64,000 nucleotides of DNA from an uncultured Mailhella sp. (lineage in GTDB: Bacteria; Desulfobacterota; Desulfovibrionia; Desulfovibrionales; Desulfovibrionaceae): assembly GCA_910578585.1 (NCBI GenBank), contig CAJTRG010000007.1:25350-89349 (forward strand), read 5' to 3'. The notes beneath the pieces are model-generated. The model was given only the letters and a program-made list of their open reading frames with translations. It did no database searches and had not been told where the DNA came from. Made by a program: the position numbers and the translations under genes. Below, piece by piece: positions 28,078 through 35,772 of this stretch (its first letter is position 1; every line of letters begins with the position of its first letter).

Positions 28078-29379
28078 TTATGCTTCAATATCCCCAAGCA
28101 GCGCCCTGGCAAAATCATCAGGATTGAAAGGACGCAAATCTTCCATTTTTTCCCCAAGTCCCACAAAGGTAATGGGCACTTCAAAGGTGCTTGCCACAGA
28201 CATGGCAACGCCGCCCTTGGCTGTTCCGTCAAGCTTGGTTAAAATAATTTCGCTGACGCCGCCAATTTCTTTAAATACCTTTGTTTGCTGGATGGCGTTT
28301 TGACCCGTGGTGGCATCAATCACTAAAATACTTCTATGGGGAGCACCTTCGTGCTTTTTGCCCAGCACATTTTTAATTTTTTGCAGCTCATCCATTAAAT
28401 TGCTTTTATTATGCAGTCTTCCTGCTGTATCAATAAAGACAAGATCATAGTTTCCGGCAAGAGCCTTATCCATGGCTTCATAGGCAACTGCGGCAGGATC
28501 AGCATTGCTTCCCTTGGAATAAAAATCCACATCAATGCGTTTTGCCCATTCTTCCAATTGTTCCACAGCAGCAGCTCTAAACGTATCCGCGCCGGCAATC
28601 AGGAGTTTCTTCCCCTGCATTTTTGCTCTATAGGCAAGCTTTGCAATGGTTGTGGTTTTGCCTACCCCGTTCACACCCACCACGAGCACAACTTCCGGTA
28701 AGTTTATAGCAGTAATGCGGCGGGGCATTTTGAAAAGTTCGCGCACTTCCTTCTGTAAATAAGGTAATAATTCCTTGGTATTATCAATATTATTTTGCTT
28801 GGCATGACGGCGAAGTTTTTCCACCAGCTGCATGGAAAGTTCAGCCCCCATATCAGACATGATAAAGAGTTCTTCAAGATCCTCAAAAAAGGCTTCACTT
28901 GCCTTACTGTGTCCAGATATAATACTTTGTAGCCCCTTGCCCAGTTGATTTCTGGTTTTTTCAAGCCCTGTTTGCAGTTTTGCAAAAACAAGGTCTTTTT
29001 CGCTTTCTTCATCTTCCATTTCAAGGGCAAGCGCAAGGCGATACTGCAATTCAGAGCGAAAATCCTGCACATATTGATAATCCATTTTCTTTGTCCAGGA
29101 TTTGAAATCATCAATAAATTTTTGCGCTTCCTCTTCTGGAGTTTCAAGGGCTTTTAATAAAATTCCAAGCCGTGCCCAAAGCGTTTCATCAGTTTTTTCA
29201 ACGCCTTCCAATATCACTTGCAGCCAGGCAGAAAGCTTTGGCTCGCATTGTCTTAATTTTATGGTAAATTGCTCTAAATCCTCAAAACTCACTTGTACAT
29301 TTCCATTTTCCTGTCTATTTTCTTGTTTTGGCTCATTTGAAGATTGAAACATTTTCTTAACAGCAGAAAAAAAGCCCAT
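28078..29379 (-). CDS. ftsY: signal recognition particle receptor FtsY
   Basis: The C-terminal NG domain contains VVGVNGVGKTTTIAKLA, DTAGRLHNK and TKLDGTAKGG, with an acidic N-terminal region. ATG at 29379 (MGFFSAVKKMF) follows a TGGAGGA Shine-Dalgarno; the 518-aa ORF-track extension is rejected. Confidence 0.9.
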   Translation of the reverse strand: MGFFSAVKKMFQSSNEPKQENRQENGNVQVSFEDLEQFTIKLRQCEPKLSAWLQVILEGVEKTDETLWARLGILLKALETPEEEAQKFIDDFKSWTKKMDYQYVQDFRSELQYRLALALEMEDEESEKDLVFAKLQTGLEKTRNQLGKGLQSIISGHSKASEAFFEDLEELFIMSDMGAELSMQLVEKLRRHAKQNNIDNTKELLPYLQKEVRELFKMPRRITAINLPEVVLVVGVNGVGKTTTIAKLAYRAKMQGKKLLIAGADTFRAAAVEQLEEWAKRIDVDFYSKGSNADPAAVAYEAMDKALAGNYDLVFIDTAGRLHNKSNLMDELQKIKNVLGKKHEGAPHRSILVIDATTGQNAIQQTKVFKEIGGVSEIILTKLDGTAKGGVAMSVASTFEVPITFVGLGEKMEDLRPFNPDDFARALLGDIEA

Positions 29380-29472
29380 ATTTTCCTCCAAGACTGATAA
29401 ACATAGCATTATTTTAGCATAACTGCTCCATTTTGTATAGAATAAAAACTTCTCTTTTTTTGCAGAAAGGCA

Positions 29473-29499
29473 TAAAGTTATTTTTAAAGCAACCGATAA
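29473..29499 (+). promoter_or_regulatory. sigma-28 (FliA)-like promoter
   Basis: TAAAGTTA-N11-ACCGATAA compared with the enterobacterial consensus TAAAGTTT-N11-GCCGATAA: 7 of 8 matches in each box with exact spacing. It lies about 30 nt upstream of the ATG at 29531. Confidence 0.5.
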
Positions 29500-29530
29500 G
29501 CAAAATGAAAAACCAGAAAAGGAAGACGTC

Positions 29531-30007
29531 ATGTCTAATACCTTAGACAAATACAGTTTGAATAAAATCCAAAAAGCCAGTATTCGGGCGCTTTTACAGG
29601 GCTTGCCCCAATACCAGAAGAAACCCAGTATCAACCAATACGAAAAACAGTTGGTGGAAACTCGGACTATGATTTACCACAAACAAACCAGACGTCTTAT
29701 AACCGGTGAAGAACTCAAAGATCAAAGTGCGCGCAAAGCTTTTGTCATTTCCCGAGTTGCCCGAGAGCTTTGGACAAATTTCTGCATACGCGGTGAAGAA
29801 ACTGCCATGCTTGCCCATTTGCAAAAAGAACTTTGTGAATTTTTCAATGCAAAACTCCATTTTCTCTATATTCCCGGCAGTATTGAACTTGTGATCAGCA
29901 AAGAAGAAGGAGATGCCATGGTTCCTTTAAACCGTGATGAACATTATGCTGTTATCAATAAAGCCTGGGAAATTTGTCAGGAAGTGGTTGCTTCCTATAT
30001 TTCATAA
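29531..30007 (+). CDS. hypothetical protein (158 aa), candidate flagellar-regulon member
   Basis: The ORF has an AAGGAAG Shine-Dalgarno and no domain I can name. The regulon link rests only on the upstream promoter motif. Confidence 0.5.
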   Translation: MSNTLDKYSLNKIQKASIRALLQGLPQYQKKPSINQYEKQLVETRTMIYHKQTRRLITGEELKDQSARKAFVISRVARELWTNFCIRGEETAMLAHLQKELCEFFNAKLHFLYIPGSIELVISKEEGDAMVPLNRDEHYAVINKAWEICQEVVASYIS

Positions 30008-30076
30008 ATTTTGCAATTTTTAAAGTTCGCTAACACTTGCTATTTTCTCTTTAATTTTTCTTATTAGGAATTATTC

Positions 30077-30105
30077 TTGACAAGAAATAAAATTTCACGT
30101 ATAGA
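30077..30105 (+). promoter_or_regulatory. sigma-70-like promoter
   Basis: TTGACA (30077-30082), a 17-nt spacer, then TATAGA (30100-30105), about 38 nt upstream of the ATG at 30143. Confidence 0.5.
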
Positions 30106-30142
30106 GTATTTCAACAACTATTAAATAAAAGGAGCTTTCTTA

Positions 30143-30499
30143 ATGAATACTGAAATTAAAACATTAAAAGATGTAGCTTCTCTTGTTATTGATTGGAATC
30201 TTGCCCCGGAAGATGCTGTAACCCTGTATTTGGAATGGGGAAATAATAACTGGCATGCTGAACACGCACCTGTGCGCTCAAAAGACGATTTTGCCACCTA
30301 TTTTGTTGTGGATAATTGGGAAGAAAAACCTACTGTCCGTCTTGTTCGCCGTAATTCTGAACAGGCAGTTGACTTGCTCACGGTGGATTTGCCGAAAGAT
30401 TTGGAAGAAGAATTCAAAAAAGAACACGAAGGCTTAAAAGGTCTTTATTCTCCAACAGAAAGCATCAAAAAATGGCTTCAGCAAGAAATCTATGCATAA
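30143..30499 (+). CDS. hypothetical protein (118 aa)
   Basis: Strong AAGGAG Shine-Dalgarno, with its own promoter and terminator. An acidic small protein (MNTEIKTLKDVASLVIDWNLAPEDAV...) with no family I can name. Confidence 0.6.
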   Translation: MNTEIKTLKDVASLVIDWNLAPEDAVTLYLEWGNNNWHAEHAPVRSKDDFATYFVVDNWEEKPTVRLVRRNSEQAVDLLTVDLPKDLEEEFKKEHEGLKGLYSPTESIKKWLQQEIYA

Positions 30500-30541
30500 A
30501 CTAAACAACCTGAAAAGCATAAGAAGATAAACAACTCCTCT

Positions 30542-30569
30542 AAAGCTCCCCTTTCTGGGGAGTTTTTTT
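30542..30569 (+). terminator. rho-independent terminator
   Basis: aaagCTCCCC-tttct-GGGGAG followed by TTTTTTT. Confidence 0.8.
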
Positions 30570-30778
30570 GTTAACTAGAACATTTTCGCATAATATTCAT
30601 AATATATTTTATCTTGGAAGGGATTATAATTCTGTTGCCGCTATCCATAAAACGCACCATTCGCTAAAGACTGCCACTCCTCCAAGTCCATACCTGTTTT
30701 GCTTTATTATATCATTTAAGGATATTTCTAAAAAACTACATTAAAAAATTAGCATAAAAAGTTTTGTAAAGGGGTGCA

Positions 30779-30949
30779 GGGGAAGAAACTTTTTCAGCCA
30801 CCGAAGGCGACGAAGTCGTTTGCGTTTGCGAAGAATGAGCAATTACGCAAATGGACAGCAGAGATGCCACCGAAGGCGACGAAGTCGTTTCTCTTATGTC
30901 GAGTTTACGAGACTTAGAGAAATGGACAGCAGAGATAAAGTTTTTCCCC
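30779..30949. repeat. composite element: split palindrome enclosing two tandem 69-71-nt units
   Basis: The arms GGGGAAGAAACTTT (30779-30792) and AAAGTTTTTCCCC (30937-30949) pair with each other. Inside, the 25-nt box GCCACCGAAGGCGACGAAGTCGTTT occurs at 30797 and 30866, and the 17-nt box AAATGGACAGCAGAGAT occurs at 30849 and 30920. The boxes are separated by unrelated 27-nt and 29-nt cores. Confidence 0.75.
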
Positions 30950-30961
30950 AGCAAAAATGCT

Positions 30962-32650
30962 CTAGCTATGCGTTTCTGCTGCACGACGCAAGATGTTTAA
31001 GCGAGTATGCAAATTCCCCAGCATTTGCAAAAAGAGGAAAAGAGCAATGCCAAGATATGGTAAATAGGGCGCAATCACTACAAAAATCGTGGGCTCATAC
31101 GGGCAAATGGGAAGCGGCATAGTCAGGCTTTCATCGGTAAAGAGAGCGGACTGAATAATAATTTGCCCGTATTTATCAATAAAGGCACTGATACCCGTAT
31201 TACTTGCCCGTATCATGGGCAGTCCGCATTCAATGGAACGCATGCGGGCTAAATTCAAATGCTGATACGGCGCGGAACTTTTATCATACCAGGCATCGTT
31301 GCTGACATTCAAAAGCACATGGGCAAAATCCTTTTGCAGGCGCTTCCAGCTTAGTTCCGGGAAAATGGCTTCATAACAAATCAGCGGTAAAATATGAATT
31401 TCCTTATCCTGATAACGCACATGCAGAATGGGCTGTTCATTTTGTCCTAAACTATACGCACCGCCGTATTTTGCCAGAATTTCATTAAAGGAATCAAGAA
31501 AAGGAATGGCTGGCACATATTCTCCAAAAGGCACAAGATGTTCCTTGGCATAATAGGCTATACTTCTGCCGTTTTGCGCAAGTTCAATGCTGTTATAATA
31601 TTTTTCACGATCAAGATACGGTATGCCAAAAAGCAAGGTTTTATCAGCAGAAAAATCCAGTATTTGTTGATATAATTCCTTATTATAAAAGGAAGTAATC
31701 GGAAAAGCCGTTTCCGGATAAATAAAAATGCTCTCACCATTTATGGTGTATTTTGCTTCTTCGGAAAGTCTGAAAAATTTTTGCAGACTATCTTTTTGAA
31801 ACAAGGGTGACCATTTGATATTCTGGGAAATATTACCTTGAATAATGGAAAAATTCACCACATCCTTGTCTGCCCAGCGAAGCACCTTATGCAAAGCCTG
31901 ATCCTGCATGGAAGGAGATTCGTGAACAGCCAGATAGGACACATCAAGCTTTTTATGCACAATATTAGTGGTGCTTTCATAATCCATGGGCGAAACCTTC
32001 TGCAAGGTCACTGCCCCATAAAAATATATTGCAGTCAGCAGTAAAATTCCTGCATAATCACCAATTCTGCCGAAAGAACGCAATTTGCCTGTTTGTTTTC
32101 TTGTTTTGGTTGTGACCATAAGTTCAGCCAGGAAAAATGCCCCCATGGCAAAAAGCCCGGAGAGAACATAGGAGCCGAAAAGACTAGCAGCCTGCACCAT
32201 GGCCGGCAGCGGCGCAAAGGCGGAAGAAAGCGTAAACCAGGGAAAGCCCGTCAAAAACCATGCTCTAAAAAGTTCTGTAAAATACCAGACAAGTCCTAAA
32301 CTGCATATTTTATACAAGGGGGAAATGTAGATAACTTTATGCGCATACACCGCCGTCAGCGTTCCATACACAGCAAAATAAAATCCCAGCAAAAGCGGAA
32401 TGAAAACTGCCAGCGCATAGGGAATATCCCCATACTGATGAGCAGTCACTGCAAGCCAGTAAAAGGCACTGCCATAGCCCAGCATACCCATTATCAGCGT
32501 TTCGCGCACATAATTTTTGCTGCTATGCGCAAGCACATAAAGGCTAAAAGGATAGAGCAAAACCGCAAAAGGAATGGTTCTTACAGGATTTTCAAAACCT
32601 AGGAAAATCCCTGCTGTTCCCAGCATCATTAATATATATTTTTGCAACAT
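30962..32650 (-). CDS. lnt: apolipoprotein N-acyltransferase
   Basis: A polytopic N-terminal half plus a C-terminal nitrilase-type CN-hydrolase domain (ICYEAIFPE, NVSNDAWY). ATG at 32650 (MLQKYILMML) follows a TGAGGA Shine-Dalgarno. The upstream part of the 799-aa ORF overlaps pyrK in antisense and is rejected. Confidence 0.85.
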   Translation of the reverse strand: MLQKYILMMLGTAGIFLGFENPVRTIPFAVLLYPFSLYVLAHSSKNYVRETLIMGMLGYGSAFYWLAVTAHQYGDIPYALAVFIPLLLGFYFAVYGTLTAVYAHKVIYISPLYKICSLGLVWYFTELFRAWFLTGFPWFTLSSAFAPLPAMVQAASLFGSYVLSGLFAMGAFFLAELMVTTKTRKQTGKLRSFGRIGDYAGILLLTAIYFYGAVTLQKVSPMDYESTTNIVHKKLDVSYLAVHESPSMQDQALHKVLRWADKDVVNFSIIQGNISQNIKWSPLFQKDSLQKFFRLSEEAKYTINGESIFIYPETAFPITSFYNKELYQQILDFSADKTLLFGIPYLDREKYYNSIELAQNGRSIAYYAKEHLVPFGEYVPAIPFLDSFNEILAKYGGAYSLGQNEQPILHVRYQDKEIHILPLICYEAIFPELSWKRLQKDFAHVLLNVSNDAWYDKSSAPYQHLNLARMRSIECGLPMIRASNTGISAFIDKYGQIIIQSALFTDESLTMPLPICPYEPTIFVVIAPYLPYLGIALFLFLQMLGNLHTRLNILRRAAETHS

Positions 32651-32851
32651 ATTTTCCTCACAGGAACAATATTTTTTCATAGACGCACAAAGTTTGCAAG
32701 AAAATTTACCGGGAAAAGCCAAAATAAAGACTGAAGCACAAAAATCAGATAAAATACGGTGTTTTTCCTGTTCAGGCTTAACTTGACCCAAACAAAACAA
32801 CATATTACACTCTATTTTATTACTGATTTTTCTTTTGGTGAGGAGCTTGCT

Positions 32852-33673
32852 ATGAAAAATACTCCCATTATGCCAACACGCACAGAACTGACTGTTACCG
32901 ATCTTGTTCCCTTTGGTTCCATTGGGGATAAGAAATTTTTTGCACTCACCCTGTCCCGCCCGCAATGGGCAAATTGGCGTCCCGGTCAATTTATTATGCT
33001 GCGCCCAAGTTCCTGGAACAGTGAACTGACCTGGGCAAGACCTTTTTCCATTTGCCGTGTAACCAATCAATCTCTGGTACTTTTCTTTCAGGTTGTGGGA
33101 CGCGGAACTGAACAGCTCGCCCAGCTCAAGCCCAAGGATAAAGTCGTTGTCTGGGGGCCTCTTGGCACATATTTTACCATGGAGAATAAACCAACGCTTC
33201 TGCTTGCAGGCGGCATTGGCATTGCGCCTTTTGCCGGCTATGTAGAAGCATTCCATATGCAAAATAAACTCTCCATGTTCTTCAGCCACAGACTGCCGGA
33301 ACAATATTATCCTGTGGAAAGCCTCAGACGCCATATTGATCTGGAAAGCAATTTTGAACAAAATGAAGCTGACTTAAAAGTAACCCTTGATATTATTTAC
33401 AAAAAGATGAAATTCATGGCTGAAGGAGGCGGTGTTGTACTTGCCTGCGGGCCTATGCCATTTCTGAAAACCATTTGGAAAAATGCTCTTGAACTCAAAG
33501 TTCCCACCCAATTATCCCTGGAACAGCGCATGGCATGCGGCATTGGAGCTTGTCTTGGCTGTGTTTCCACAACATCAGATCTTTATCCTGATAAGGAAAA
33601 AGCCGGACTTCCTGTGCAAACATGCACCAAAGGTCCTGTTTTCTGGGCACATGAACTCAATTTAGACGCATAA
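32852..33673 (+). CDS. pyrK: dihydroorotate dehydrogenase (class 1B) electron-transfer subunit
   Basis: An FAD/NAD-binding ferredoxin-reductase fold plus the C-terminal 2Fe-2S motif MACGIGACLGCV. It is immediately upstream of pyrD. ATG at 32852 follows a GAGGAG Shine-Dalgarno. Confidence 0.85.
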   Translation: MKNTPIMPTRTELTVTDLVPFGSIGDKKFFALTLSRPQWANWRPGQFIMLRPSSWNSELTWARPFSICRVTNQSLVLFFQVVGRGTEQLAQLKPKDKVVVWGPLGTYFTMENKPTLLLAGGIGIAPFAGYVEAFHMQNKLSMFFSHRLPEQYYPVESLRRHIDLESNFEQNEADLKVTLDIIYKKMKFMAEGGGVVLACGPMPFLKTIWKNALELKVPTQLSLEQRMACGIGACLGCVSTTSDLYPDKEKAGLPVQTCTKGPVFWAHELNLDA

Positions 33674-33689
33674 TAAGCAGGTTATACTT

Positions 33690-34619
33690 ATGAATACCCA
33701 TATTTCTCTTCCCGCAAAAAACGGATCAAGTTTAGAGTTAAAAAATCCGATTATGAGTGCGTCCGGCACCTTTGGCTATGGCACGGAATTCATGCCCTAT
33801 GGTGATGTCAGCAAATTGGGCGCAATCATTGTCAAAGGCCTGTCCTTGAAGCCCCGTGCAGGCAATCCCCTTCCCCGTATTGCAGAAACCCCCTGTGGCA
33901 TGCTCAATGCTGTGGGCTTGCAAAACGACGGTGTAGAAGCCTTTATCAAACATAAACTCCCTGCTCTGCCCACCCATGAAGTGCCTGTTATTGCCAATAT
34001 TTACGCCACATGTGCTGAAGATTTCGGCGAGCTGGCTGGTATTTTATCCAAAGAAGGAAGAGTTGCAGCGCTTGAAGTCAATATTTCCTGCCCCAATGTT
34101 AAAGCAGGCGGAGTTCTCTTTGGTCAGGATCCGCTTATGGCAAGTTCAATCGTTGAGGCTGTCAAGAAAAATGCCGGCAAACTTCCTGTAATTATCAAAC
34201 TTTCCCCGAACGTCACCAATATTGCAGAAATGGCAAAAGCTGTTGAAGTGGCAGGGGCAGATATGGTTTCCTGCATCAACACCATTACCGGCATGGCTGT
34301 GGATATTCGCACCCGCAAACCACTCTTGGCCAATATTGTGGGCGGGCTCTCCGGCCCGGCGGTTAAGCCCGTTGCCCTTCGCTGTGTATGGCAGGTGGCT
34401 CAGGCTGTAAAAATTCCAGTTATCGGCATTGGCGGCATACGCAGTGCAAAAGATGTTTTGGAATTTATTCTGGTTGGCGCAAGCGCTGTGGAAATTGGCA
34501 CAGCCTCCTTTACTGACCCCACAGCCATTTTTAGAATTATTCAGGATTTGCCTGGGGTTTGCGAAGAACTGGGCATTAAAAATCTTGAAGAATACAGAAA
34601 TACTCTTATTACAGGATAA
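33690..34619 (+). CDS. pyrD: dihydroorotate dehydrogenase class 1B catalytic subunit
   Basis: Motifs include NPIMSASGTFGYG, EVNISCPN and GIGGI. 309 aa. Confidence 0.92.
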   Translation: MNTHISLPAKNGSSLELKNPIMSASGTFGYGTEFMPYGDVSKLGAIIVKGLSLKPRAGNPLPRIAETPCGMLNAVGLQNDGVEAFIKHKLPALPTHEVPVIANIYATCAEDFGELAGILSKEGRVAALEVNISCPNVKAGGVLFGQDPLMASSIVEAVKKNAGKLPVIIKLSPNVTNIAEMAKAVEVAGADMVSCINTITGMAVDIRTRKPLLANIVGGLSGPAVKPVALRCVWQVAQAVKIPVIGIGGIRSAKDVLEFILVGASAVEIGTASFTDPTAIFRIIQDLPGVCEELGIKNLEEYRNTLITG

Positions 34620-34621
34620 CT

Positions 34622-35131
34622 ATGCACTATTCATTATGGACTAATATTGCAACCCTTGGACTGGTTGGACGAATCAAAAAAGCCCCCGGAACAGCAGGAT
34701 CTTTTATTGCGGTTTTGCTTGCGCCCCTTTGCTTTTTGCCTTTTGGCCTTGTGCAGCGCCTGCTTATTTTAGTAGTGCTTTTTGTGATTGGCTTAAAGGC
34801 ATGCGAACAAGCCGAACAGGAACTGGGCGAACATGATCCTCAAAGCGTAATTATTGACGAAGTTTTCGGGCAATGGTTCACGCTGCTCCCTGTCAATGTA
34901 ATTTCCTATTTGGGCAGCAAAGCCATTATGCCTCAGGAATGGTTTGTGCTCATGTTCGGATTTTTGCTTTTCCGTGTCTTGGATATCAGTAAAATAGGCC
35001 CTGTGGGACTTTGTGAACGCAAACTCCACGGCGGTCTTGGAATAATGGCTGATGATGCCATGGCTGGACTTTTAGCTGCCATGCTCATGTATCCGTTCCA
35101 ATTTTATGGAAATGTTATTTTTGGTTACTAA
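34622..35131 (+). CDS. pgpA: phosphatidylglycerophosphatase A
   Basis: GRIKKAPGTAGSF...DPQSVIIDEV...FRVLDISKIGP matches the PgpA pattern. It starts 2 nt after the pyrD stop. Confidence 0.85.
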   Translation: MHYSLWTNIATLGLVGRIKKAPGTAGSFIAVLLAPLCFLPFGLVQRLLILVVLFVIGLKACEQAEQELGEHDPQSVIIDEVFGQWFTLLPVNVISYLGSKAIMPQEWFVLMFGFLLFRVLDISKIGPVGLCERKLHGGLGIMADDAMAGLLAAMLMYPFQFYGNVIFGY

Positions 35132-35158
35132 ACCCTAACCTTTAACAAAGGAAATACA

Positions 35159-35755
35159 ATGGATTTTTTACCCATTAAACGTGCACTGCTCAGCGTTACC
35201 GACAAAAGCGGTCTCAAAGAATTTGCTGAATTTTTACATGCCCACGGTGTAGAAATTGTTTCCACCGGCGGAACCATGAAATTTTTGAAAGATGCAGGCA
35301 TTCCTGTAACCGCTGTTGAAAGCGTCACAGGTTTTCCTGAAATTTTGAATGGCCGCGTCAAAACCCTGCACCCCAAAATTCACGGCGGTATTTTAGCAGA
35401 TAAAGATAATCCTGAACACATGGCAACTTTGAAAGAACATAAAATTGCTCCTTTCGACCTTGTTTGCGTCAACCTGTATGCCTTTGCAGCAGCCCTTGAA
35501 AAGAAACTTCCTGTGCGCAATATGGTGGAAGAAATCGACATCGGCGGCCCCTGCCTCATGCGCGCAACCGCAAAAAACTTCCACAGCATGCTTATTTTGC
35601 CCAATCCAAAATATTATCTGGCCGCTATGGAAGAAATCAAAAATCCTCAAGGTGTAAGTCTTGCTTTCAGAAAGGAAATGTCTGCAAATACATTCAAAAT
35701 CACTTCTGAATACGATGCAATGATTTCTCAGTATCTTGAAGGAGTGAACGTATAG
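35159..35755 (+). CDS. IMP cyclohydrolase domain protein (PurH N-terminal MGS-like domain only)
   Basis: RALLSVTDKSGL...VSTGGT...GRVKTLHPKIHGGIL...NLYAF...DIGGPCLMRATAKN aligns with the IMPCH half of PurH. The ORF ends after about 198 aa and no AICAR transformylase half follows. Confidence 0.85.
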   Translation: MDFLPIKRALLSVTDKSGLKEFAEFLHAHGVEIVSTGGTMKFLKDAGIPVTAVESVTGFPEILNGRVKTLHPKIHGGILADKDNPEHMATLKEHKIAPFDLVCVNLYAFAAALEKKLPVRNMVEEIDIGGPCLMRATAKNFHSMLILPNPKYYLAAMEEIKNPQGVSLAFRKEMSANTFKITSEYDAMISQYLEGVNV

Positions 35756-35772
35756 CTCTTTTAGACGGAAAT

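Noticed and set aside
28078-29634. 518-aa version of FtsY starting at 29634
   Set aside because: The extra 85 residues are hydrophobic and Cys/Phe-rich, and they overlap the divergent promoter region. ATG 29379 has a strong Shine-Dalgarno and gives the usual acidic FtsY N-terminus.
30797-30936. Possible mini-CRISPR (repeat-spacer-repeat look, with 27-nt and 29-nt variable cores)
   Set aside because: There are only two units and no cas genes in the window. The conserved parts are two different boxes flanking each core rather than one repeat, and the whole is enclosed by a palindrome. It is better described as a structured tandem element.
32651-33361. The N-terminal 237 aa of the 799-aa minus-strand ORF (30962-33361), which would more than double the non-catalytic part of Lnt
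   Set aside because: This part overlaps pyrK in antisense, has an odd Cys/Lys/Phe-rich composition, and the Lnt membrane domain begins at MLQKYILMML (ATG 32650) behind a good Shine-Dalgarno. It is an antisense read-through artefact.
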